Positions 26,749 through 39,316 of a DNA stretch of 64,000 bases are shown here, in pieces. The stretch's first letter is position 1. Every line of letters starts with the position of its first letter. The notes under the pieces were generated by a model. The model was not told where the DNA came from, ran no database searches, and worked only from the letters and a program-made list of their open reading frames with translations. The stretch comes from Octopus sinensis (lineage: Eukaryota). Location: the NCBI RefSeq assembly GCF_006345805.1, contig NC_042999.1, forward strand, positions 12,214,001 through 12,278,000, given 5' to 3'. A program made the translations under genes and the position numbers.

Positions 26749-27640
26749 TGGAGTCTGATCAATAAGTATCCGGACTGTTGCTATAGAAACAAAGCTAAAG
26801 CACACAGAGTGAAGCTGCTTGGCACAGATTGACTTCGGACTCTGCTGTGCATGCACACTAAGTTTTAACATTCTAGTTTACTTCCGCTATTTACAGCACT
26901 GCTTGGAAGGAAGGTGTGTAGCATGTGATCATCACATGGACCATGACAGAGGAAGTTGTCATGGCAATACCTGCTCAGAGGCCTATGCAAAGTTGCAGAG
27001 AGTGTATGGAGAGGAGTGTATGAGCTGCATACAAGTGTATGAATGGTTCAGACGTTTCCAAGATGGCTGAAAAAATGTTGATAGTGATGAACGTTCTGGG
27101 AGACTCACAACAAGCAGAACTGAGTAAAACATTGATGTGCATGCAGCTGTGAGGGGAAATCGTCGAATCCCCATCTGTGAGTTTTTAGGGGATATGCCAA
27201 TTAGTTGCAGTTCAGTTTAGTCCATTATCACTGAAGATTTGGGTATGAGACTTGTGTCTGCCATGTTTATGACAAAACAGCTTTCAACTGACCAAGAAGA
27301 CACTCAGGTTTCAGTTGCGCAAGATATTCTTGACTGTGTTGAGAACGATGAAAAGTTTTCAAAAACTTTGTGTGGGCCTCTGAGTAGGTATCAGCAAATT
27401 TTTGGCAAAATTTGATGTAGATTTTCTGCTCAACTTTCTCTGTCATGGTCAATGCAACAATCACCTGCTACACACATTCCTTGCAAGCACTGCTGTAAAC
27501 AGTAGAAGCAAGCTAGAATGTTAAAACTCATTGCACATGCTCAACAGAGTTCAAAGTCAATCTGTACCAAGCAGCTTTATTCTGTGTGCTTTAGCTTCGT
27601 TACTATGGCAACAGTCCGGATACTTATTGATCAGACCACG
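26749..27640. mobile_element. Mariner-derived non-autonomous element with long TIRs
   Basis: TA flanks and gtctgatcaataagtatccggactgttgc termini; internal N-terminal HTH (YEWFRRFQDG, DERSGR). A second MTEKVEQ start lies on the minus strand. Confidence 0.88.
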
Positions 27641-27854
27641 TAATCCTTTCTATCAAAGGCACAAGGCCTGGAATTTTGGGGGAGGGGACTAGTCAGTTAT
27701 ATCGACCCTAGTGTTCAGCTGATACTTTTTTTATTGACCCTGAAAAGATTAAAAGGCAAAGTCAACCTAGGCGAAATTTGAATGTAAAGACAGATAAAAT
27801 ACTGCTAAGCATTTTGTCCAGTGTGCTAACAATAATAATAATAATAATAAAAAT

Positions 27855-28520
27855 ATATGCCCTGATGCAGAACCAGGCAGTGGCTCCCATGGCTTCTGAT
27901 CTTAACTGATTGCAAGTGTTATCATGTACATTGTTTTGTCTTGGTATATGCGTCACAACCATATGTGCGTGACATGGTGATCTCATATCAAGATAAACAG
28001 CACATGACCTTGCAGGTGGGGCCCAGTTAGAATCTGTGGTACTGAGCAGAATATTTGCTGGGCTACAGCAAATATTCTGCTCAATACCACAGATTTGCTT
28101 GTCAGTTGTTTGACCTTAACCAGTTGAGCATGTCCCTTAGTGGCTGACGATATGTGCATCTCTGATCATGAGCAGAAGTAGTGGGGGAGCATCATAGCCT
28201 TGTGTTGAGAGGGATTCTTTGGGGTTTGAATAATTCACCTCTGGAAACGTGGGTGGTTCTTTCAACATCCTTAAACAACCCTTATTCAGGGACCTTTTGA
28301 GCGGGATGGGCTACTCAACCTGAAGAAAATTCTAACTGGGCCCCACCTGCAAGGTCATGTGCTGTTTATCTTGATATGAGATCACCATGTCGTGCACATA
28401 TGGTTGTGATGCATGTGCCTAGTGTACCCTAATCAGACGGGTAGTCATGATGGGTATACTGGGCTTCGTATATTTTAACCCAGTGTCACTTTGATGGCAT
28501 GCACTGCTCTCTCACTCAAT
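27855..28520 (-). repeat. Rearranged copy of the 4536-5095 repeat
   Basis: Homologous to 4536-5095 in the opposite orientation, with internal inverted duplications. Confidence 0.8.
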
Positions 28521-28544
28521 AACAACAACAACAACATTAATAGG

Positions 28545-30400
28545 GCTGCTACCCATTGAACAGAAAGGGTGCCAAAAAAAAAAAGGAGCCGAGGAACGAA
28601 AGATCAGGAACTGCAAGAGAAGACACACAAATCTGAGCATGGCATGGGTTGTGGCATGGGTTGATTATTGCAAAGCATATGATATGATAGCACACTCCTG
28701 GATAATAAGAACAATGGAAATGTCTGGAGTAGCAGAGAATATGAGAAGCCTTAAATGGAACAGTATGGAATGGTGGAGAATGGAATTGACAGCAGGGAAT
28801 CAAGTATTAGGATAGATGAAAATCAAAAGGGGAATCTTCCACTGGGATAATCTGTTCCCACTGATCTTCGTGCAGGAAATGATCCCCTTGAGTGAAATAC
28901 TACAGGAAACAAAGTTGGGGTACGACCTGGGAAGAGGTAAGGGAAAACTAAACCACTTGCTATTCATGGACGACCTGAAGCTATTCACAAAAGCTGAGGC
29001 AGAACTGGACAGCCTAGTCCAGTCTGTGTGGATTTTCTCCAATGATATCAAGATGGAGTTTGGGCTCTCAAAATGTGCTACGATGGTGATGAGATGAGGA
29101 AAGTTTGCCGGGACAGAAGGCATGTGGCTGCAAAGTGGTAAAACGATGAAAGAAATTCAACCTCAATCCAACTATAAATACCTGGGAATACTCGAGGCAG
29201 ATGGAATCAAACACTACAACATGAAGGAAAAGACAAAAAGAGAGTACCTGTGGTGAGTGAGAAAAATGTTGACTTCAAAGCTGAAAGCCAGAAACATAAT
29301 TTCGGCAAGAAACTCATGCACAGTCACAGCAATTTGTTATGGTGCTGGCATCCTGAATTGGACAGAGAAGGAGCTAAAGGAGATGGACAGGAAGTCAAGA
29401 AAGCTCCTATCGATGCATGGAGCCGATAATCTACGTTCAGACATTGATCACCCATATAGGAAGAGAACGATTGGAGGAAGGGGACTGATAAGTGTGGAAG
29501 ACTGCGTGCATATCGAACTTGAGAGCTTAATGAGATACCTAGCTCAAAGTAAAGAAACCTTTCTAGTGAGAGGAACGAGGGAGTATTGAGAGCAGAAAAG
29601 AAAAAAGGGAAAACAAAGGAAGAAGTACAAAAAGGACGTGAAGAAGGGACCACACAATCAATTCCATGTAGCAACAAAAGAAGTTGCTGGAAAAAATAGG
29701 TGAGATTGGCTGATGAAAGGAACCCTAAAAAAAGAGACCGAGAGCAGTATTCTGGCAGTGAAGGACCAAGCTCTGGTCACGAACTGGAGGGTCAACCTGA
29801 GGAATGAGCAAGTGTCTTTGCTGTGCTGCATCTGCAATAGAGTGGATGAAACCATTGCCTGTATCACAAACAAATGCCCTAGACTCGCCCCAAACCTCTA
29901 CAAGTTGTGGCAACACAACCAGGTAATGAAAGTACTACATTGGAGACTGTGCAAAAAGTTGGGGCTAGAGAGAGGCAAGACAAGGTATGAGCACAAACCA
30001 CAGAGAGTGGCAGAGTTGGAGACTAGCAAAATCCTCTGGGATTTCCCAATCCAAACAGATCAGGTGCTAAAGTATAACAGACCGGAACTAGTAGAGGTGG
30101 TGGACAAAGTGCACCACATATGCTATGTAGTTGATGTTAGTTGCCCCTTTGACCCATGAATAGTCAAGAAGGAAGGCGAAAAGACAGATAGATACAACCC
30201 TCTTTAGTACAAAATAGCCCAGCTATGGAAAATGAAGAATGTGAAGATAGTGCCAATTATTGTTGAGTCCTTGGGAACAATATCAGAAGGCACCAAGAAG
30301 AATATAAAGGAAATTGGAATCGAGTGCCCAGTAGAACTATTACAAAAGGTTTGTCTCCTTGCCACAGCCAGAATAATCAGGAAAGTATTAGAAAGCTAAA
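28545..30400 (+). mobile_element. R4/Dong-type RLE LINE, 5'-truncated and degenerate
   Basis: GIFHWDNLFPLIFV, HLLFMDDLKL, YKYLG, GGRGL, CCIC zinc knuckle, ILWDF...RPEL...VDVSCP, IVPII. Confidence 0.9.
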
Positions 30401-31849
30401 AAAACGAATAGCATGATACCATACGCTGCAAGTAACAAGCCTGCTATGCATGCAAGTTTCCAGGAGTTTTAACAAAACCTGTGATAAAGAGAAAATAATG
30501 GTTTCAAATTTTTCCACAAGGGCAGCCATTTTGAGGGAGGGAGTGAGTCGATTACATTAAACCCCAGTGTTAAACTGGTACTTATTTTATTGACTCCGAA
30601 AAGATGAAAGGCAAAGTCGACCTCAGCAGAATTTGCGGAGTGATGGGTAAAGTACTGCTAAGCATTTTGTCCAGTGTGTTAATGACTCTGCCAGCTCACC
30701 TCCTTAATAATAATAATAATAATAATTGTTACAAGTTTTGACACAAGGCTAAGAATTTTAGGAAAGCTGGTCACAATTAGATTGTCCCCAATACTCGACT
30801 GGTATTTTATTTTATCGACCCTGAAAGGATGAAAGGCAAAGTTGACACTGACAGTATTGGAACTCAGAAAGTGGAGTTGGAGGAATGCCACAAAGTATTT
30901 TGTCCAACACACTATTGATTCTGTTTATTTGCTACATTGAAATAGTGGTTTCTGACTGAGGTACAAGGCCAGCAATTTGGAGTGGTGGGGTTAGTTGATG
31001 CCGTCAATCCTAGTGACTGGTCTGTTATTTAATTGACTCTGAAAGGATGAAAGTTAAAGTTGACCTCAGCAGGAATTGAACTCAGAATGTAAACATTTTC
31101 CTGAAGAAATATGAAATTGAAAAGAGGACATTTTGAGATATAGAAAATAAAAGTGCTTGAGAACATGCTTAGATAATTGATGTTTATGTGAGAGAATGGA
31201 ATTTATTATCACATACATTTAACCAATATACTGTGAATCAGAGAAAGAAGTTTGTTAATTCAGCAAATCTCAGGCCAAGAAAAAGAATTGAAACAGATAA
31301 ATGGTAAATCTGAAGAAGTTCTAAAGTAGTTGCTTGAAGAATTTGAGATGGAGTGCAATGGCACAATGTGAGCAAGGAAGTCGAAAATCTCAAGTCTCCA
31401 TCAAATGGGATGTAAAAAAGAGTTAAAACGGCTTTTGAAGGAGGTTCTTATTTGATGAGAATCCAAAATGTATCAAAAATATTTTTCATCAATTCTTCTG
31501 CAAACCTCATGCTAAGAGGAGAAAATTGAAGCTGATGAATGGTGCATCTAAAGAATTTTAAAATAGCTATTTGAAGAATTTGAGGTGAGATGGTAACAAA
31601 TGAGGAAAGTGGTCAAGATTTTCTAACAACTATGGTTGCTGTTTTCTGAAGAATGTGGTTCTGTAATTATTTATTTATTTGTTTGTTGTATAGATTTGCT
31701 GTTCCATAATACAGGAAAATTTAGTTTGGTTTGTCGTAAATTACAGGTAAACAAGTATTAGTCAAAAATTAAGTTCATTTTTTAAAAACTTATTTTTATT
31801 GGATTATTATTATTATTATTATTATCATTATTATTATTATTATTATTAT

Positions 31850-32464
31850 TATGGGTTTTTCTTCTTCTTTCAAATTTGCTTCCATTTCTTGCTGAGTGTC
31901 TTCCCGACTCCTAGGGCAAAGAAACTCATTGTATACATTGGTAGGCCATTTTTTTTTTTTGATAGAAATAAATTTAAATTAAAATACATGGGTAGTAATT
32001 GTTCTCACATCGACAATGTTCTTCTCAATACGTGTGATGTACCAGTTAAGACAATCTTTTGCACTTCTTGCAGGGATGGTAAGCAAGGGATCATTCTCAT
32101 ATAATTTTCGGTTCCCTTCTTGATCATTCCTAGTGCTCCTACGATCACTGGTATTGTAACCGCCTTGAGATGCCACATTTTCTCAATTTCAATGAGTAGG
32201 TCTTTATATTTTCTGAGCTTGTCAAACTCTTTCGCTGAGATATTATGATCACAGGGGATGCTCATGTCGATCAGTAAGCAAACTTTATTGTTTTGGTCTT
32301 TCACAACAATATCCGGTTTATTGGCTTTGATGGTTCGGTCTGTATGTACTGGAGAGTCCCACAGAATCATTACATTTTCTCCTTCAGTTACAGCTTCAGG
32401 GTGGTGATTATACCACTTGTCGGCAGTTTTAATATTGTAATGCCGACTTATTAGCCAGTGTAGA

Positions 32465-32465
<1 letters not shown>
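31850..32465 (-). mobile_element. RLE LINE 3' end flanked on both sides by (TAA)n
   Basis: Intact 121-aa RLE ORF 32005..32370; (TAT)n tracts at ~31800-31850 and ~32465-32530. Confidence 0.9.
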
Positions 32466-32515
<50 letters not shown>

Positions 32516-33392
32516 CATTATTATTATTATCATCATCATTATTTAGATAGCAAGCTTGCAGAATTGTTGATGCATTGGTCAAAATTCTTAGCAGCCTTTC
32601 TTCCCGTTTTTCACATTCTGAGCTCAAATCCTACCATGGTAGATCTTGCCTTTCATCCTTTCAGGGTTGATAAAATAAATTTGCATTTTGGGGTCGATGG
32701 TAACAGTTGACCCCCACCCCACCCCACCCCCGCCAGTGCTGGTCTTCTGCTATAATTCAAAACAATTATTATTATCATTCAGTTTGCTTGAAATGCGTAT
32801 TTCAAATTAAAAAAAAAGTAAAACAGGCAAAAAACAGAAATAAATAACTTCTTGTAAGTAAACCAAGGATGAAACGACATTCAATAGATAAATTCATGCT
32901 CAGAGGTTAGCAAAATTTGAAACAACTCAAAACAATATTATACCATTGAATAAGAATTTTAAACACTGACAAGAATATTATTGATGTACACTAAGAAGAA
33001 TGTTTGGGCCTTGTGCTTGATGGCCAAGTTGTTTCTATGTATATGTAGCAGCAAATCAAACCACTTCATATATTATGGAGCATCAAACTGATAAATATAT
33101 AAAGAATTAATGTTACATATTTCTCCCTGAATGCAACAGAAGTGAAAAACTGATAAATTACAGATGGAAAATCTCCAAGGAAAATGGAAAATGTTGTTAT
33201 GCAGCAGGCAGGATAGTCAGCAATACAAACACACACACACACACACAGAGTTGGTCTAATCAGCTAAATTATGGATATATTCTGTAACTTATATATGTAT
33301 ATACATATATACATAAACATACATATACATATGTATATACATACATACATGCATATATATACATGTATATATGTATGTATGTATATATATAT

Positions 33393-33495
<103 letters not shown>

Positions 33496-33694
33496 CTGTG
33501 CAGGTGGCACGTTAAAAGCACCCACTACATTCACGGAGTGGTTGGCATTAGGAAGGGCATCCAGCTGTAGAAACATTGCCAGATAAGACTGGAGCCTGGT
33601 GCAGCCTTCTGGCTTCCCAGATCCCCGGTTGAACCGTCCAACCCATGCTAGCATGGAGAACGCACGTTAAACGATGATGATGATGTTGATGTAC

Positions 33695-33726
<32 letters not shown>

Positions 33727-34214
33727 ATGTGTATATATATATATGCAATTAATCCGAAAAAAAAACAAAGAAAAAACACTAGAAAAAACAACAATGCAAG
33801 GATGTAGTAGATACAGAGCATTACAAGATGCTCAGGGAAGGAAAGAAAGGATGTTTTACATTTCAAGCAGAAGCTCTTCTTCAGAAACAGGAGACAAAGG
33901 AAAGTCCAAAAGAAAAGGAAGACAGAGGAAAATCACCAACAATCCACTTGTAGTTATATATATATGTATACCTCTGGTATTTGAGTACTCTTTTTTCCAC
34001 CTTGTTTCACATTTATATGCTTACTCTGGTATATATATATATGCATATATTATTAAAATTAATTGGGCATGGAAACAATTATAGGCGATATGAGTTTGTT
34101 TTAGTTTGGAATTGAATACGTTCTAATAAATTGATGTCTTTATCTCATACAGAATAGGATAAAAATTCCAGGCTGTGAATAGTTTTCAGAACATTTATAA
34201 AGAAAAGGTCTTAC

Positions 34215-34279
34215 AGCTGTTTCCAGGATATTTTATATATCTCTTCATCATATATATATATGTAGGTGCTTGTGCCTCT
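34215..34279 (-). CDS. Exon (EAQAPTYIYMMKRYIKYPGNS)
   Basis: Strong ctctctctctttcag| acceptor and GCT|gtaaga donor. The junction with the previous exon reads FARKVTREAQAPTYIY, like ARNHRDAGAPTYMY of mammalian carboxylesterases as recalled. Confidence 0.7.
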
Positions 34280-35095
34280 CTGAAAGAGAGAGAGGTATAT
34301 TTCTTTCATTTCTATTTGGAGGATGATATTCTCATTGTATTACAAATATTTCACATGTTTTTCAATTAAGCTCACACTTCAGCTTTTGTACAGTGGAATA
34401 GTGTGATCGTTACCAGCATCGCCTTACTGGCACCTGTGCCGATGGCATATATAAAAGATTTGAGTGAGGTCATTGCCAGTACCGCCTGACAGGCTCCCGT
34501 GCCGGTGACAAGTAAAAGCACCCACTACACTCTTGGAGTGGTTGGCGTTAGGAAGGGCATCCAGCTGTAGAAACTCTGCCAGATCAAGATTGGAGCCTGG
34601 TGCAGCCGTCTGGTTCGCCGGTCCTCAGTCATTTGTCCAACCCATGCTAGCATGGAAAGTGGACGTTAAATGATGATGATGATGATGATGATATCCCTTC
34701 ATCACATATATATCAACATCATCATCATCATTTAACATCTGTTGTCCATGCTGGTATGAGTTGGATGGTTTGACTGGACTGGCATGCTGGAAGGCTGCAT
34801 CAGTCTCTGGTTTGAACCCTATCCGTAACCACTCCGAGAGTGGTTGGTGTTTGGGTGCTTGTACGTGCTACCAGCACAGGCACCAATTTGTGATACTGGT
34901 ATCTGCCACAACTGCGATTTTGCTCGGCTTGGTCTTCTTCTCAAGCATGACATAATGCCAAAGGTCTTGGTCATTGCTTCCATGGGGCCCAACACTCAAA
35001 AGGAATTCAGCCACTTTACATCTGTGAGGCCGAACGCTCGAAAGGGACTTAACCACTTTGTCTCCATGAGGCATGCATATATATATATATATATA

Positions 35096-35147
<52 letters not shown>

Positions 35148-35257
35148 TATACATATACTTAATCATATGAAAGGAAAATCGAAATTAATTAAAATTTACA
35201 TTTCCAGTGGTCTAACGTGTAAAAATTTAGTCCAAAAGACTATGTATTAGTCACAAG

Positions 35258-35499
35258 ATACAGTGTACATTTAAACACATGAGGAATCCACTCATGTGAT
35301 TCAATGCACTAGAAAGAACAGTTAGGTTTATAACCACAAAATTAGGGATACTAGGAAACTAGATGGTAAAATGTTTTTATTTTTCATTTCGTTCCTGTCG
35401 AATTTTATCCCTAATTTTGTGGTTATAGAACCTAGCTGTTCTTTCTAGCATGTTGAATCCCATGAGTGGATTCTTCATGTGTTTAAATGTACACTGTAT
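35258..35499. repeat. Imperfect hairpin/MITE-like element (~93-bp arms)
   Basis: 35258-35350 pairs with 35406-35499, with several mismatches and small indels. Confidence 0.8.
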
Positions 35500-35523
35500 A
35501 TTTTATATATATATCAACATCAT

Positions 35524-35554
<31 letters not shown>

Positions 35555-35579
35555 GAATGTATATATAAATTAATTTACT

Positions 35580-38435
35580 TGAAGCCTTTGACGAAGTGGA
35601 AGGGGGTATAGCTACACATGGGGTAGAAGACAACTGGACGTTTCTGAGGGACAACCTGCTGAAAGCCGCTGACCAGATCTGTGGCTGGTGCAAAGTCCCC
35701 TTAAGACCCAAAATAACGTGGTGGTGGAACAATATTGTTGACAGGGCTATTAGACAAAAGAAACAGGCTTGGAAGGCCTGGAAGAACGGTGGTAGCAGGG
35801 AAGGGTATCAGACTGCCAGAAGGAAGCTAGGAGACAGGTCTATCTAGCCAGAGGGGAAGCAGATAAGAGAAAATTTGCCAATGTCCTGCGCCGTGAGGAT
35901 GAAAGACTTGAGGTATTTCGTGTTGCAAGACAGTGTGTGAGAGAGAATCGTGATGTGGTAGGAGAGAAATGTGTTCGCATGGAGGATGGTTCACTTGCGC
36001 TAAATGAGGATGCAAAGAGAGAAGCTTGGAGACGCCACTATGAAAGGTTACTGAATGAGGAAAATGAATGGGATAAAGAGAGTCTGCCGAATGTTGACCC
36101 TACAGAGGGACCAGCTATCCGAGTTGATAGTTCCGTGTTAGCTAAGGCAATTAGAAGCATGAAGACAGGGAAAGCCCAAGGCCCATCAGGAATTACTGCA
36201 GAGATGCTCAAAATATCTGGCAGTGTCGGCTATAACCTAGTCACCCGTATAGTCAACCAGGTGATACACGAAGGAGTCATACCCAATGACTGGTGCAGCA
36301 GCATACTAGTCAACTGCTACAAAGGTAAAGGTGATGCCCTAGATACAAATAATTACAGAGGTATCAAGCTGTTGGATCAAGTAATGAAGGTTACGGAGAG
36401 GGTCATAGCCCAACTAATTAGAGAGAGAGTTAGTTTAGATGAGATGCAGTTTGGGTTCGTGCCAGGGAAAAGTACCACTGATGCTATATTCCTGGTAAGG
36501 CAGCTGCAGGAGAAATACCTAGCCAAAGATAAGCCCCTGTACCTGGCTTTCGTTGACATGGAGAAAGCTTTTGATAGGGTCCCCCGATCCCTTATCTGGT
36601 GGTCAATGAGGAAACTAGGGATAGATGAATGGCTGGTGAGGACTGTGCAAGCCATGTACAGAGATGCCGTAAGTAAGGTTAGGGTTGGCAACATGTACAC
36701 AGAAGAATTCAAAGTAGAGGTTGGGGTCCACCAGGGTTCAGTACTCAGCCCCCTCCTATTTATCATAGTACTCCAGGCAATTACGGAGGAATTCAAGACA
36801 GGCTGTCCCTGGGAGCTCCTCTACGCTGACGACCTTGCTCTTATTGCTGAGTCACTATCAGAACTGGAGGAGAAGTTCCAGGTGTGGAAGGAGGGTTTAG
36901 AATCAAGGGGCCTTAGAGTCAACCTAGCTAAAACCAAAGTACTAATAAGTAGAAAGGTAGACAATCCACAAATATCTTCAGGAAGATGGCCCTGCTCGAT
37001 CTGTAGAAAAGGTGTAGGTAGAAACTCTATAAGATGTACCCAGTGTAAGCTATGGACACATAAGAGGTGCAGCAATGTCAAAGGTAGGCTAACTGGGAAG
37101 ATAGTTTTTGTATGTGGCAGATGCTCGGGAGCATTAACCTCCGAAAATCTGCAGAAAACAACTTCCGTCACTTTCCAGGGGGAAAAACTAGAAGTAGTTG
37201 ATAGCTTCCGTTATCTAGGTGACCAAGTCAGTAGTGGGGGTGGGTGCGCTGAAAGTGTAACTGCTAGAATAAGAATAGCCTGGGCAAAGTTTAGGGAGCT
37301 CTTACCTCTGCTGGTGACTAAAGGCCTCTCGCTCAGAGTAAAAGGCAGACTGTATGATGCGTGTGTACGAACAGCCATGCTACATGGCAGCGAAACATGG
37401 GCCGTGACTGCTGAGGACATGCGTAAGCTCGTGAGGAATGAAGCCAGTATGCTCCGATGGATGTGTAATGTCAGTGTACATACTCGACAGAGCGTTAGCA
37501 CCTTGAGAGAAATGTTGTACCTAAGAAGCATCAGTTGTGGTGTGCAAGAGAGACGATTGCGCTGGTATGGTCATGTGGCGAGAATGGATGAAGATAGGTG
37601 TGTGAGAAAGTGCCAATCCCTAGCAGTTGAGGGAACCCGTGGAAGAGGTAGACCCTGGAAAACCTGGGACGAGGTGGTGAAGCACGACCTTCGAACTTTA
37701 GGCCTCACTGAGGAAATGACCAAGACCGAGACCTTTGGAAATATTCTGTACGTGAGAAGACCAGGCAGGACAAGTGAGCCCAGCCCACTTATGAATGCCT
37801 TTCCTCCCTTGGACACAAAGACCGGTTGAGGCAAGCGAAGTCGATATAGAACCTCATCCGACGACAGACACCCATGCCAACCCCCCATGCTTGCGAAGAC
37901 ATGTTGGGGCAAGCGAAATCGAAATCGAATTGAACCAGCCAGGATCCCTGGCCTGGTGGTACGTAAAAAGCACTATCCGACTCGTGGCCGTGGCACGTAA
38001 AATACTCCAATGCGACCGTACGACAGGCACCCATGCCAACCCCCTTTGCTTGTGAAGACATGTTGGGGCAAGCGAAATCGAAATCGAATTGAACCAGCCA
38101 GGATCCCTGGTCTGGTGGTACGTAAAAAGCACTATCCGACTCGTGGCCGATGCCAGCACCGCCTCGACTGGCTTCCGTGCCGGTGGCACATAAAATACAC
38201 CAATCTGACCGTGGCCGTTGCCAGCCCCGCCTGGCACCTGTGCAGGTGGCACGTAAAAAGCACCCACTACACTCACGGAGTGGTTGGCGTTAGGAAGGGC
38301 ATCCAGCTGTAGAAACATTGCCAAATTAGACTGGAGCCTGGTGCAGCCTTCTGGCTTCCCAGAACCCCGGTCGAACTGTCCAACCCATGCTAGCATGGAG
38401 AATGGACGTTAAACGACGATGATGATGATGATGAT
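35580..38435 (+). mobile_element. 5'-truncated RTE LINE (PHD-RT family) with 3' UTR and (GAT)n tail
   Basis: 630-aa ORF 35937..37829 (NYRGIKLL, GVHQGS, LYADD, YLGD); the 3' UTR ends ggacgttaaacgacgatgatgatg. Confidence 0.95.
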
Positions 38436-38671
38436 AAACTGCTAGGCACAATATAATACCAAAGGTGCTGAAGTACCTATATTGCAAAAAATAGGGGAGA
38501 TAACCACCCTATAAGTGACTCTAGGATCACTTGACTAGATTAGTTTCGCCTATCAGTCATAGGCTTGTTAGCAGTGACTACTCAATCACTTACTGGTTTG
38601 GCTCAAAACTGCTGACAGGTCAATTTAGCCTAACCAGTGAGTGATTGAGTAGATAAATAATATAATGAATA

Positions 38672-38955
38672 AGGCACATGGTTCAGTGGTTAGAGTGTCG
38701 GGCTCACAATCAAGAGGTTGTGAGTTCAATTCCTGGACCAGGCTGTGTTGTGTTCTTGAGTAAGACACCTTACTTCACTCAGCTGTAGAAATGAGTTGCA
38801 ATGTCACTGGTGCCAAACTGTATCGGCATTTGCACTGTGGCATGGAGAGTGGAGGCTGGTATGCATGGCTGACTGTTGGTCTTCTGTAAATAACCTTGTC
38901 TGGACTTGTGCCACGGAGAGGGAATTTTCTAGGTGCAATCCCATGGTCATTCATG
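38672..38955 (+). mobile_element. tRNA-derived SINE
   Basis: ggcacatggttcagtggttagagtg...gtgagttcaattcc A/B boxes. Confidence 0.6.
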
Positions 38956-39133
38956 AGTATTGATTTGTTGATTAATCAATGGGTCATCAAAATGTGAAAT
39001 TTCTAATATCAACATTTAAGTAATTTAAAGTTGATGTGTCCTCAGTACATCAATCTAGAGGAGTGGTTAGTGGAATATGTTTGTAAATATAAAGACAGTT
39101 AAAGGTGTTAATATCTTAAAGAAGTCATTAAAC

Positions 39134-39316
39134 CTAGTGACCTTTCTAGCAAAAGCTAGTGGTGGTAGAATATACTCAAATGCAGCTGTTAGTGGGTACC
39201 AAGCATGACATTTGACCCTGTCAAAAACGTTCACTGGCTCTGCTTGGAAACCCATTATTGTATTGTACTCTGCTAAATTTAGCATTAATTGCTCATTCAC
39301 TTCATTAGGAATATTA
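39134..39316 (-). CDS. Exon (NIPNEVNEQLMLNLAEYNTIMGFQAEPVNVFDRVKCHAWYPLTAAFEYILPPLAFARKVT)
   Basis: cagtttcag| acceptor and TAG|gtttaa donor; lies in ORF 39067..39348(-) in unique, non-repeat DNA. YILPPLAFARK resembles the F..P...FAR segment of COesterases. Confidence 0.7.

Noticed and set aside
37850-38230. CRISPR-like regularly recurring repeats (ggcacgtaaaaagcac)
   Set aside because: These are subunits of a LINE 3' UTR in eukaryotic DNA; the spacers are homologous to each other and there are no cas genes.
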